From contig OZ244961.1 in the NCBI GenBank assembly GCA_965222715.1, positions 548,637 through 612,636 of the forward strand: DNA of 64,000 nt. Reading direction: 5' to 3'. Both the position numbers and the translations under genes were made by a program. This document shows positions 8,592-17,095 of the stretch, in pieces (the first letter of the stretch is position 1; the number at the start of each line of letters is the position of its first letter). Under the pieces are notes generated by a model. That model searched no databases, was not told the DNA's origin, and saw nothing but the letters and a program-made list of their open reading frames with translations. The stretch is from Minisyncoccota bacterium (GTDB taxonomy: Bacteria; Patescibacteriota; Minisyncoccia; Phycocordibacterales; JABMNX01).

Positions 8592-9362
8592 GTGATCCTC
8601 ATGGAAATTATTACATACACCCTAGTGAGTGTTTTTGTCGTCAGCCTCATCTCCTTGATTGGGGTTTTTACCATATCAATCAACAAAGAAGTATTGAAAA
8701 AATCAGTCTTTTTTTTAGTGAGCCTTGCAGTTGGGGCACTCTTTGGTGACGCAATTATTCACCTTATTCCAGAATCACTTGAACTCTTTGAGAATGAGAC
8801 ACACGCAGCATTCTATATTATTGTCGGTATTTTTACCTTTTTCATACTTGAAAAATTCTTTCACTGGCACCACCACCACGGACACAATGAAGCACACAAA
8901 GAGTGTGCGATTAACCCCGTTGGTCGTGTTGTCCTCTTTTCAGATGGACTCCATAACTTTCTTGACGGTGCGATTATTGCAGCTGGGTACATGGTAAGTA
9001 TTGAAGTAGGTATTGCAACAACGCTTGCAGTTATGCTCCATGAAATTCCACAAGAAATTGGAGACTTCGGCGTACTTATTCACGCGGGCTATACTCGCGC
9101 TCGTGCACTCGTGGTTAATTTTCTCTCAGCACTTGTTGCGATTGTTGGTGCGGTCACTGCACTCTTCCTTGGAGAATTACTTGAAGGTGTTACACCAGCG
9201 CTTATCGCAATCGCCGCAGGATCATTTCTCTACATTGCTGGATCTGACTTGGTACCTGAATTAAAGAAAACGGTGAGTATTAAAAAATCATTCATTCAGT
9301 TCATTGCTATTGTTATTGGTATTTCAGTGATGTTTCTCCTCACTCTTTTTGAACAACACTAG
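8592..9362 (+). CDS. zupT: ZIP-family zinc transporter
   Basis: HEIPQEIGDFGVL ZIP signature, His-rich loop HWHHHHGHNEAH, and about 8 TM segments. Confidence 0.75.
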   Translation: MILMEIITYTLVSVFVVSLISLIGVFTISINKEVLKKSVFFLVSLAVGALFGDAIIHLIPESLELFENETHAAFYIIVGIFTFFILEKFFHWHHHHGHNEAHKECAINPVGRVVLFSDGLHNFLDGAIIAAGYMVSIEVGIATTLAVMLHEIPQEIGDFGVLIHAGYTRARALVVNFLSALVAIVGAVTALFLGELLEGVTPALIAIAAGSFLYIAGSDLVPELKKTVSIKKSFIQFIAIVIGISVMFLLTLFEQH

Positions 9363-9398
9363 AGAAAACTCACAATAATGTTGCTACAATAAGTAGCA

Positions 9399-10577
9399 AT
9401 GGAAGAATTTTATTCTCTTTTTTTAGTACTATTCGCTGGTGTCGTGTTTTCAATGATTTTTCGTCGGGTACATGTGCCGTGGGTTGTTGGGCTAATCATT
9501 GGTGGTGTACTTGCTGGCCCGTACGTGTTTGATGTTATTGAAATAACCCCAACAGTTGATTTTATTGCGCAAATTGGACTTGTCTTCTTGATGTTTATGG
9601 CAGGGCTTGAAACAAACCTTTCAAGCTTCAAAGGTTTTCGTGGCCAACTTCTTTTTCTTTCACTTATTAACGGTGCAATTCCCTTTGCAGTTGGTGTTGG
9701 GGTTACTCTATTCTTTGGGTACAGTCTCACCATTGCACTCCTTATTGGTATTATTTTTGTCTCCTCATCAATTGCAGTCGTTATTCCTTCTCTTGAACGA
9801 TTTGGGCTCCTCCACACTCGCATTGGCCAGTCAGTAGTAATGACTACTGTACTTCAAGACATTGCAAGCTTGATTCTTCTTTCAATTGTTCTTCAGAGTA
9901 TTGACCCGGTAACCAATATCCCCCTCTACCTCTTCTATCCACTCTTGGTAGTTGTGTTAATTGCCTTTCGCATACTCCTCCCTAAAATACGGTGGCTGTT
10001 CACTGCAGGAGTACGTGGGACCGAAGATTTATTCCAACAAGAGTTTCGTTCAACTTTCTTGATTATTGTTGGTACCGTAATCGTATTCGAACTTCTTGGG
10101 TTACACCACATTATTGCTGGGTTCTTCGCCGGACTGGTTCTCTCTGATTCAATTGTGAATCCAAAGTTGAGAGAAAATATTCATACAGTAAGCTACGGTA
10201 TTTTTGTGCCAGTCTTTTTCATTCTTATTGGCGTACAGACAGATATCACAGTCTTTGCCAACTTCCAAGGCATCGCCCCACTCATACTCGCGATTGTTGT
10301 TGCATCAGTACTTGCTAAGTTAGTAAGTGGTTGGGTAGGTGGTAAGTTGGTGGGTTTTGATACTAACCAATCACTCCTCTTTGGTATCTCATCAATTCCA
10401 CAACTCTCAACCACACTCGCAGTAGCTTTCTCTGCGTTTTCTCTTGGACTTATTGAAGAAAACCTCTTAACCGCAATGGTTACCCTAAGTGTGGTTACGG
10501 TGATGGTAAGTCCAACACTGATGAATATTTTTAGCGAACGTATCCAACGCGCCGCACAAAAAAATCACATCAAATAA
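9399..10577 (+). CDS. cation:proton antiporter (CPA1/CPA2, Na+/H+ exchanger family)
   Basis: 392-aa polytopic membrane protein with GLIIGGVLAGP..., FLMFMAGLETNL and QDIASLILLSIV, resembling the NhaP/KefB-type exchanger fold. Confidence 0.6.
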   Translation: MEEFYSLFLVLFAGVVFSMIFRRVHVPWVVGLIIGGVLAGPYVFDVIEITPTVDFIAQIGLVFLMFMAGLETNLSSFKGFRGQLLFLSLINGAIPFAVGVGVTLFFGYSLTIALLIGIIFVSSSIAVVIPSLERFGLLHTRIGQSVVMTTVLQDIASLILLSIVLQSIDPVTNIPLYLFYPLLVVVLIAFRILLPKIRWLFTAGVRGTEDLFQQEFRSTFLIIVGTVIVFELLGLHHIIAGFFAGLVLSDSIVNPKLRENIHTVSYGIFVPVFFILIGVQTDITVFANFQGIAPLILAIVVASVLAKLVSGWVGGKLVGFDTNQSLLFGISSIPQLSTTLAVAFSAFSLGLIEENLLTAMVTLSVVTVMVSPTLMNIFSERIQRAAQKNHIK

Positions 10578-10595
10578 TTCTTACTTCGAGATATA

Positions 10596-10991
10596 TCATT
10601 TATAAAACTCTTCTTTTAGTTCCTCTGGTTCGCCCAAGAGATTGTAGTCAATGAGTATCTCTTCTCCTTTCTTAATATCCCTTTTTGCATACCAAAAAGT
10701 ATCTCTTGATTCTGTGTTTGCATCTTCTGCGGAATGATTGAGATACCATCCAATATGCATGGAACCGAAATCGAGAGGACATAGGTAGTACTCTTCGCCA
10801 AAGTGGCAATATCCCCGAAACTCTTCCGGTATATCTTCTCGTTTTCGTTTAGTTACCCTCTCTTCAAATTTTTTTGCATCACCAAACGTTCTAAGAAATG
10901 TTCCTTTTTTAATATCGTGAGTAGCAAAAACCCCAATGCCGTACTTTGAAGGTTTTAATATAAAAGAAAACTCGTCTGTTTCACTTCTCAT
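10596..10991 (-). CDS. SET-domain protein (putative lysine methyltransferase)
   Basis: GIGVFATHDIKKGTFL, GWYLNHSAEDANTE (NHSxxPN-like) and GEEILIDYN (ELxxDY), in the order of minimal SET domains such as viral vSET. Confidence 0.65.
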   Translation of the reverse strand: MRSETDEFSFILKPSKYGIGVFATHDIKKGTFLRTFGDAKKFEERVTKRKREDIPEEFRGYCHFGEEYYLCPLDFGSMHIGWYLNHSAEDANTESRDTFWYAKRDIKKGEEILIDYNLLGEPEELKEEFYK

Positions 10992-11037
10992 ACAAAGCAG
11001 TATACCACTCTATTTTGTATGTATCTTGGTTTCTTTA

Positions 11038-11559
11038 TTAGTTAGTATTAGAATTTATTATACCTTTTACTCTTTCTAGAATATGAGACTCATCAACATC
11101 TGTTCGTTTATATACCTCTCCTTGTTTTTTCATCTGAGGAATTAAAAAATCTAAACTCTGCCACTCCACATCTGTTTCCCCCTCTATATCAGAAGTGTCT
11201 CTTTTAGATAAGTCTTGATCTTTTAATCTGCAAAGAAAATATAGAGTAGTTTTTTCTACTTCTACACCCTTGTGTTCAAAGTGGCTTTGAATACTTCCAA
11301 TATAATCAATCATTTCCGCTGTGATACCAAACTCTTCAAGCATTCCACGATGTAATGTTTCTTCTAGTGAATCATTTGGATGAAGGGTTTCTCTCATTAA
11401 TAAATAAAAGTCGTCCAACCCTTCATCCACCCAATATCCCTTTAACTGTTCTGTATTAAAATGGTGGCAACAAATCTGGTTCTCGTTATTAATAATAACC
11501 GCTCCCACTGAAACATGTTGCGGGTGTTCATTGTAACCTTGAAAATATGTTTTGCTCAT
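11038..11559 (-). CDS. NUDIX hydrolase
   Basis: Nudix box RETLHPNDSLEETLHRGMLEEFGI (Ex7REUxEExGU). Start set at the internal Met (MSKTYFQGY); the 38-aa N-terminal extension of the track ORF is a translation of the tRNA-His echo repeat. Confidence 0.6.
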   Translation of the reverse strand: MSKTYFQGYNEHPQHVSVGAVIINNENQICCHHFNTEQLKGYWVDEGLDDFYLLMRETLHPNDSLEETLHRGMLEEFGITAEMIDYIGSIQSHFEHKGVEVEKTTLYFLCRLKDQDLSKRDTSDIEGETDVEWQSLDFLIPQMKKQGEVYKRTDVDESHILERVKGIINSNTN

Positions 11560-11616
11560 ATCAAAAGTATACCAACTCTCTGGTGGAATTGTAGAAGAGT
11601 AGAATCTTCTACCGCG

Positions 11617-11636
11617 TGGGTGCCTACCGAGAATCG
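11617..11636. repeat. echo of tRNA-His 3' end (T-loop to acceptor), direct repeat
   Basis: gggtgcctaccgagaatcg is identical to 11805-11823 inside tRNA-His, 168 bp downstream of the tRNA 3' end. Confidence 0.7.
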
Positions 11637-11803
11637 GGGTCAAGTTGCTAAATTCGCTAGGCTCATTAAGCACTTCCTCCCCGGACTCGGCGACAAGCCC
11701 GAGTTAACACTCGTCTTGTATACCGCCTCCGTCTTTCAATTCTCGTAAACACTGACACACAGTAAGACCCCAACACTTTCGTGTCAGGGCCTAACTGCAT
11801 GTT

Positions 11804-11877
11804 GGGTGCCTACCGAGAATCGAACTCGAATTTGAGGTTCCACAAACCTCCGTAATAACCGTTATACCATAGGCACC
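11804..11877 (-). tRNA. tRNA-His (GTG) with encoded G-1
   Basis: rc reads GGTGCCTATGGTATAACGGTTATTACGGAGGTTTGTGGAACCTCAAATTCGAGTTCGATTCTCGGTAGGCACCC. Anticodon loop TTGTGGA, G-1:C73 pair, cloverleaf stems check out. CCA not encoded. Confidence 0.8.
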
Positions 11878-11891
11878 ATATCTGCCTGCCC

Positions 11892-11921
11892 ATAAACGCC
11901 AAGAGTACTCTTGGCGTTTAT
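11892..11921. repeat. 30-nt perfect palindrome (copy 1 of 2), probable bidirectional terminator
   Basis: ataaacgccaagagtactcttggcgtttat, identical to 47723-47752. Overlaps the stop codon of the PduO gene. Confidence 0.7.
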
Positions 11922-12475
11922 GTATAGCTTGGCGACTCCTCGACTATACCAGAAAGATGGTTCGTAAGTCGAGCGAGTGCATAGAGAAGTGATGAAAGTC
12001 GATTAAGGTATGCAAGCGACCACTCACCCATTTCTCGTTCACCACTTTCAACCACTTCAACTACTCGCCGCTCAGCACGACGCGAAAGTGTGCGTGCTAT
12101 ATCAAATCGAGAAGCTAATTCAGTACCTCCAGAAATAAAAAATGAAGTGATTGGTGGTAGTTCTTTTTCTGCTCCATGAATAAGGGCTTCTGCGTCACGT
12201 AGTTTCTGCTCATACAGAGTCTTATCAGCACCAGCAAGCTCAGCTTGAATAATAAAAAGATTTTCTTGAATCGTATGTACAATATGTTCAAATGATTGGC
12301 TGTTTAGAGAGAAGCCACTTTCAGCACTCGCCACTTTACACAACCCAAGAAATGAATTTACCTCATCAAGCGTACCGAGGGCTTCGGCAACGGGTGACGC
12401 CTTAGAGATACGCTTCCCTTTCTCTGTATCAAATACCTTTGTTGTTCCTTTGTCTCCTTTTCCTGTAAAGAGCAT
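11918..12475 (-). CDS. ATP:cob(I)alamin adenosyltransferase, PduO type
   Basis: MLFTGKGDKGTTKVFDTEKGKRISKASPVAEALGTLDEVNSFLGL matches the PduO/MMAB N-terminus (TxxGDxGxT...R..K.....E.xGxxDELNxxxG). Confidence 0.75.
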   Translation of the reverse strand: MLFTGKGDKGTTKVFDTEKGKRISKASPVAEALGTLDEVNSFLGLCKVASAESGFSLNSQSFEHIVHTIQENLFIIQAELAGADKTLYEQKLRDAEALIHGAEKELPPITSFFISGGTELASRFDIARTLSRRAERRVVEVVESGEREMGEWSLAYLNRLSSLLYALARLTNHLSGIVEESPSYT

Positions 12476-12482
12476 ATATTAA

Positions 12483-13310
12483 TTACCAGTGTACTTCATC
12501 ACACACATCGCACTTTTTAAACTCACTATGATCAACAAAGAAGATTGCAACCCACCGAGAGACATCATGAGCAACCTCTTTATTTAATTTTGGATCAACA
12601 ACATGAAGTGACGGTGCAAAATCAACATCTGTTATTTTGTACCAATTCAATCCAGGAAACATTTCTACCTCATCTTCGCGTGAGGTAACCGGTTTTAAGT
12701 CATCAAGCGAGTGACCAACCAAAAGTCCAGGACCGCTCTGCGCAACTGGAAGCGTGCACCCACCACTATCAAAATGCTCAGTTAAGTAAAGGTGTGTATC
12801 GGGGCTCGGTGCACTTGTTCCGTAGCGAATAAACCGAAGTGCTGAGTATGTTGGATATGGTGAATTATCTGTATAAATCTTACTACGAATATCAGGGTAT
12901 CCACTTTCAAGTACCTCAACAAAACCATTGAACATATCGCACGCCTCTTCATACATACGATGCATTGCTTGAAGCATTTCAGTTGCTTCAGGACCACCCT
13001 TACTCTCTTTCTGTAAACGATCTTTATATGTAGGGTTATACTGAAACCAATCAATATCAGCTGGCTTACTGTCGTAGACACTGTAATGTTTGAAACCAAC
13101 TTCATTACACTTATTCTCTCCTAACGGAACAGGAAGAGAGAATTTCTCCTTTACCTCAGCAGGAAGACGGGTGAACGCAATAAATGTTTCTGCAGTTCTA
13201 TCAATCACCCCATCACTAAATGAAAACGGAATACGCACGTACGCATCGTTCTTTAACTGCTCTTTTGCTTTTACTAACGTAAGCATATTATTCAAAAGTA
13301 TTTCCTGCAT
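12483..13310 (-). CDS. 2-oxoglutarate/Fe(II)-dependent oxygenase-like protein (split paralog)
   Basis: EHFDSGGCTLPVAQSGPGLLV (HxD...GG.L..Q..GLQV facial-triad block of IPNS/ACCO-type oxygenases), then HVVD... and HDVSRWVAIFF (distal His plus RxS-like). C-terminus CDVCDEVHW. Paralogous to the C-terminal half of 18705-19916. Confidence 0.55.
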   Translation of the reverse strand: MQEILLNNMLTLVKAKEQLKNDAYVRIPFSFSDGVIDRTAETFIAFTRLPAEVKEKFSLPVPLGENKCNEVGFKHYSVYDSKPADIDWFQYNPTYKDRLQKESKGGPEATEMLQAMHRMYEEACDMFNGFVEVLESGYPDIRSKIYTDNSPYPTYSALRFIRYGTSAPSPDTHLYLTEHFDSGGCTLPVAQSGPGLLVGHSLDDLKPVTSREDEVEMFPGLNWYKITDVDFAPSLHVVDPKLNKEVAHDVSRWVAIFFVDHSEFKKCDVCDEVHW

Positions 13311-13662
13311 CTCTCCACCCACGCAATCCTTCTCTGTAGCACGAGACGTTTGTATATCCTGAACGCGCTAAACACATTGCGGCCATGTATGAGAGTCCAC
13401 AACCAAGACTACCGGAGTATGTGGTGACATATACTTCTTTATTCTCACCAAACTTCTTTTTAAACTTTGAGAGAAATACTGTTTCAATGTCGAGTATTTT
13501 TCCATGCTCATCCTTTTCAGAATAATCTTTCTGGTACGATATATTCTCCGCACCAGGAATATGATGTGCATCATAACTCCCTTTTGAAAGCGTATCGACA
13601 ATAATATCGCCACGTGTAAGACGTTTTTTAAATTCTTCTGTGGTGATGATGTCGATATGCAT
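13288..13662 (-). CDS. single-domain rhodanese (sulfurtransferase)
   Basis: AHHIPGAENI and the active-site Cys loop VTTYSGSLGCGLSYMAAMCL. Overlaps the 5' end of the oxygenase gene by ~20 nt, suggesting an operon with coupled translation. Start at the internal Met MHIDII. Confidence 0.65.
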   Translation of the reverse strand: MHIDIITTEEFKKRLTRGDIIVDTLSKGSYDAHHIPGAENISYQKDYSEKDEHGKILDIETVFLSKFKKKFGENKEVYVTTYSGSLGCGLSYMAAMCLARSGYTNVSCYREGLRGWRDAGNTFE

Positions 13663-13734
13663 ATTGAAATGTATCCAGTAGTGTAGCATACAAAGAAAAA
13701 GCCGGAGTGTTCGAGAGAACACTCCGGCGCAGCG

Positions 13735-14556
13735 TTACCGATTCCACGGAATTACCTTTTTCTCCAAGACCCAGATGAGGATCCAGGTTGTGATCCCACA
13801 TAGAGCAAGGAGTACCGTCCCCGAGATAATCATAGAGACGATAGGAATCTGGTTTGCAGCATGAATGAGACTTCCAACCCCGTACTGCCTATTCACCCCC
13901 TCCGAAAGGACCAGCATCAGCCAGCACACAGGAGACGCGAGCAGAAGACCGAGAAACATTCGAGGCAGAAGCGCGGGCATGATATGCCAATACAACTGCC
14001 ACCTGCTCGGACCCATGATAGCAATGTCTGCCATCAGCTCTCGGGTGTGCCTATCTTTTCCATAGAAGAGCTTGTATGAGCCCTGGAACGATAGGAGGAG
14101 TTGGTAGAGGAACGTTGCCCATATGCTGATTCCGTACTTCGGCCCCTCGTCAATACCCAGCCAGATGATCATGAGATACAAGACTGAGATCTTTGAGAAC
14201 GTCAGAAGAAACGGGATGACCACAATTGCACAGAACCGCGCATACGGAAACAGAGCAATGAGGATACCCATCGGAAACCCAATAAGGGTTCCGAACACCA
14301 GCCCCACACCAACTCGCTTGAAGCTCGCGAAAAGATGTTCAGGTAGTTGACCCCGCTCAAGAAGACGCACGAAGTCACCATACATCTCTGACGGACTTGC
14401 AAACAAGGACGAAATTGCCCCTACATCTCTCCCCACTTGCCACGCATAAAGTAGCGCAGTCATAAGAAGAAGATAGAACGCAACCCCCAAAAGGATTGGG
14501 GGGTTCGGCCCGACTACATGTGCAATCGGGCCGTCATTTTTTTGTCGTACCCACAT
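13735..14556 (-). CDS. ABC transporter permease
   Basis: 6-TM protein with the EAA-like loop ELMADIAIMGPSRWQLYWHIMPALLP. Confidence 0.65.
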   Translation of the reverse strand: MWVRQKNDGPIAHVVGPNPPILLGVAFYLLLMTALLYAWQVGRDVGAISSLFASPSEMYGDFVRLLERGQLPEHLFASFKRVGVGLVFGTLIGFPMGILIALFPYARFCAIVVIPFLLTFSKISVLYLMIIWLGIDEGPKYGISIWATFLYQLLLSFQGSYKLFYGKDRHTRELMADIAIMGPSRWQLYWHIMPALLPRMFLGLLLASPVCWLMLVLSEGVNRQYGVGSLIHAANQIPIVSMIISGTVLLALCGITTWILIWVLEKKVIPWNR

Positions 14557-14629
14557 TACACACCTCCAGATGTTTCCTCATTGGAAAGAAAAAGAACAAA
14601 AGAGGTTCAGTAGAGCCCTCGCAAGAACG

Positions 14630-15673
14630 CTACTGAACCCGAATACCGCTTTCGTCAAAGACGTGTAGATGAGCTGGATCAATTGCAACCAGACACTCAC
14701 CAGAGAGTGGCGAGGCTGTGTGCGCTTCCATGGTTTCGCCCGAACGAAGCCGTAGTGAAACCTTGAAATGTGAACCAAAAAACCTACACGACTCAACTTG
14801 TGCAAGGATACCGGCCGAGTTATCCCGAGATACTTCTTGTACCGAGAGATGCTCTGGACGGATACCACACCACTTCGCTCCTTTCACGTTACCGATCTGG
14901 GAGAGTACCCCAAGAGGCACTGACGTCATGTCGCCAATAAATTCAGCGACAAAACGATCGTGTGGAGATTGGTAGAGTTCTTGATATGACCCGACCTGTC
15001 TCACTCGCCCACCATCCATGACCACGATGGAATCAGCCAACTCAGCTGCCTCCTCTTGGTTGTGGGTAACGTAGAGAATTGTCTGCCTGAGATCAGAGAA
15101 CAGCTCTTTAAGCAACACCCTGATTTCTTTTTGAAGTGGCTCATCAAGAAAGGTAAGTGGCTCATCAAGAAGAACTGCGCCAACCTGAGGAACCAGCACC
15201 TTTGCAGCAATACCCACTCGCTGACGTTCTCCTCCCGAAAGTTCTTTCGGATACTTATTGAGGAGGTGCGTGATGCCCACTTTTTGAGCAGCCTCACGCA
15301 CCACAGCAGTGCACACCTTTCCTGAAACATCAATCCCAGAAAAAACGAGCCACAGCTGTATATTCTTGAGGACCGTTAGATGATCCCATAGAGGAGTTGA
15401 CTGCGAAAGCAGACTCATGCTCCGTGTCTTGGGCGCTGTGTGAGTAACATCTCTGCCATCAATCAACACAGCGCCATTGGATGGCATTTGCAGCCCGGCA
15501 ATACTCCACAAAAGTGTTGTTTTGCCACACCCTGATGGGCCAAGGAGAACAGTTGTTTTTTTTGCTTCGATCGCAATTGAGACATCACGAACCGCGGTAA
15601 TGACTTCCTGCGTCGGACGGAACCACCGTCCACGTACAGGGAACGCAACCGAGAGGTTGCGCGTTTCAATGTG
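14630..15673 (-). CDS. ABC transporter ATP-binding protein with C-terminal TOBE-like domain
   Basis: Walker A GPSGCGKTT, signature LSGGERQRVGIA, Walker B LLDEP. The ~120-aa C-terminal extension resembles PotA/CysA/FbpC-type regulatory domains. Start at the internal Met MHIETRNL. Confidence 0.7.
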   Translation of the reverse strand, partial: HIETRNLSVAFPVRGRWFRPTQEVITAVRDVSIAIEAKKTTVLLGPSGCGKTTLLWSIAGLQMPSNGAVLIDGRDVTHTAPKTRSMSLLSQSTPLWDHLTVLKNIQLWLVFSGIDVSGKVCTAVVREAAQKVGITHLLNKYPKELSGGERQRVGIAAKVLVPQVGAVLLDEPLTFLDEPLQKEIRVLLKELFSDLRQTILYVTHNQEEAAELADSIVVMDGGRVRQVGSYQELYQSPHDRFVAEFIGDMTSVPLGVLSQIGNVKGAKWCGIRPEHLSVQEVSRDNSAGILAQVESCRFFGSHFKVSLRLRSGETMEAHTASPLSGECLVAIDPAHLHVFDESGIRVQ

Positions 15674-15834
15674 CATGGCGCACCTCCAAGTTACATGATT
15701 ACTAACTTCAGCTACTATAGATACTTTCAGTTTAATTGTCAAAAAATATTGAAAAGAAGACGTGACAAAAGAAAAACGCGCCGCTAGCTTCCTAGCGGCG
15801 CGTTGGTATCCTGACTCATTCTCGAGAGAATACC

Positions 15835-16959
15835 TTAGTTGCTCCGACTGAGGGCCCTGTCGGCAATCCGAAGGTTTTCGACACCTCCGACATAGACACC
15901 GTAGTCAGCCATAACCTCAGGGTCAGCCGTGCAGCCGCCCATATTGGTAACGATGCGATCGATCATCTCATCGATGGCCGGCTCGTACATTTCTCCATAC
16001 TTGTCGAGTGAAATGTAGAGCTCGTTCGCCAAAGCAGTGCGGAATTCGGGAACGAGACGTCGCTTCTTAATATCCTCAACTGCTCGCTGCATTCCCCGAC
16101 AGAACATGTCGGCCAGCTCCTCTCCACGTTCAGTTTCGTAGAAACTCGCCATCATGACGATTCCAGACTCGGGAAATGGGCGAAACTGATCCGAGTTAAG
16201 GATGACTGCGTAGCCTTCGGTTTGCGCACGGAGATGAAACGGCGCCGCAACAACCGCAAGGTCGGTTACTCCATCCTTCATGCCAGCGTAGCGCTTACCA
16301 GATGCACCGAGCTGTACTCCGTAGACCACGTTTTCTCCGTGATCAGGAACAGTACCAGCAGAAACTGCTTCTCGATACATTTCCCGAGTGCCACAGAAGA
16401 ATGCGACCGGCGCTTCGCCAGCAGCGTTGAGCTCCTGGTTTTTGTCGACAACGTAGGCGATCAGGATGCCAGTCGCTGTGTTACGCGACGTTTCTTGGTT
16501 GATGATCGCATGCTGACGCTCCGTAACATAGAGACCCGGCTCGCAGAGCGACACTGAGATCGATACATCGCGAAGGACATTCTCGACAGATCCGACCATG
16601 TAGAGCCCTCTTCCTTGAGGGCCAATTAGGACATAGTTGTGTCCTGTCGAGAGTACGCTGGTGAGAACACAGTCGTCACCGCCGACGATCGAACACCCGA
16701 AGACGCGCTCGATTGAATTCGAGGCGCGTGCCTGACCTGAATTGAGCGCAGCAAACTGCTGGCCGGCGTCAGAGATTTTGAGGATGGTGACTTCTTCGTC
16801 GAAGAAGTCATTTTTGGCGGCGTAGTCAGGGACAAATCCTGCAGTCCACCACGTGTCCCAGATGACATAGCCGATTTGATCATCAGCGTATGCTTTCGAG
16901 GGGAGTACCGCAATCATCGCAACCGCGATGACAACGGCAAGAGTGCGAAGCGTATGCAT
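15835..16959 (-). CDS. ABC transporter periplasmic substrate-binding protein
   Basis: N-terminal signal peptide MHTLRTLAVVIAVAMIAVLPSKAYA, ~370 aa, directly downstream of the ATPase and permease. Subfamily not assignable by eye. Confidence 0.55.
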   Translation of the reverse strand: MHTLRTLAVVIAVAMIAVLPSKAYADDQIGYVIWDTWWTAGFVPDYAAKNDFFDEEVTILKISDAGQQFAALNSGQARASNSIERVFGCSIVGGDDCVLTSVLSTGHNYVLIGPQGRGLYMVGSVENVLRDVSISVSLCEPGLYVTERQHAIINQETSRNTATGILIAYVVDKNQELNAAGEAPVAFFCGTREMYREAVSAGTVPDHGENVVYGVQLGASGKRYAGMKDGVTDLAVVAAPFHLRAQTEGYAVILNSDQFRPFPESGIVMMASFYETERGEELADMFCRGMQRAVEDIKKRRLVPEFRTALANELYISLDKYGEMYEPAIDEMIDRIVTNMGGCTADPEVMADYGVYVGGVENLRIADRALSRSN

Positions 16960-17095
16960 AACGTACCTCTCTTTCTTTTCTGAATGTTACGGATTCTGCT
17001 TCAAACTAATCCAAAACGATAGTAGCATATACTCACAGTTGCGCAAGAAAAAGACCCGCAAGTAGCTAGCTTGCGGGTCGTTAAAGAGCATACGG

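Noticed and set aside
11560-11673. N-terminal 38-aa extension of the NUDIX ORF
   Set aside because: It consists of the translated tRNA-His echo repeat (GRHPRGRRF...). The conserved Nudix fold starts at the internal Met.
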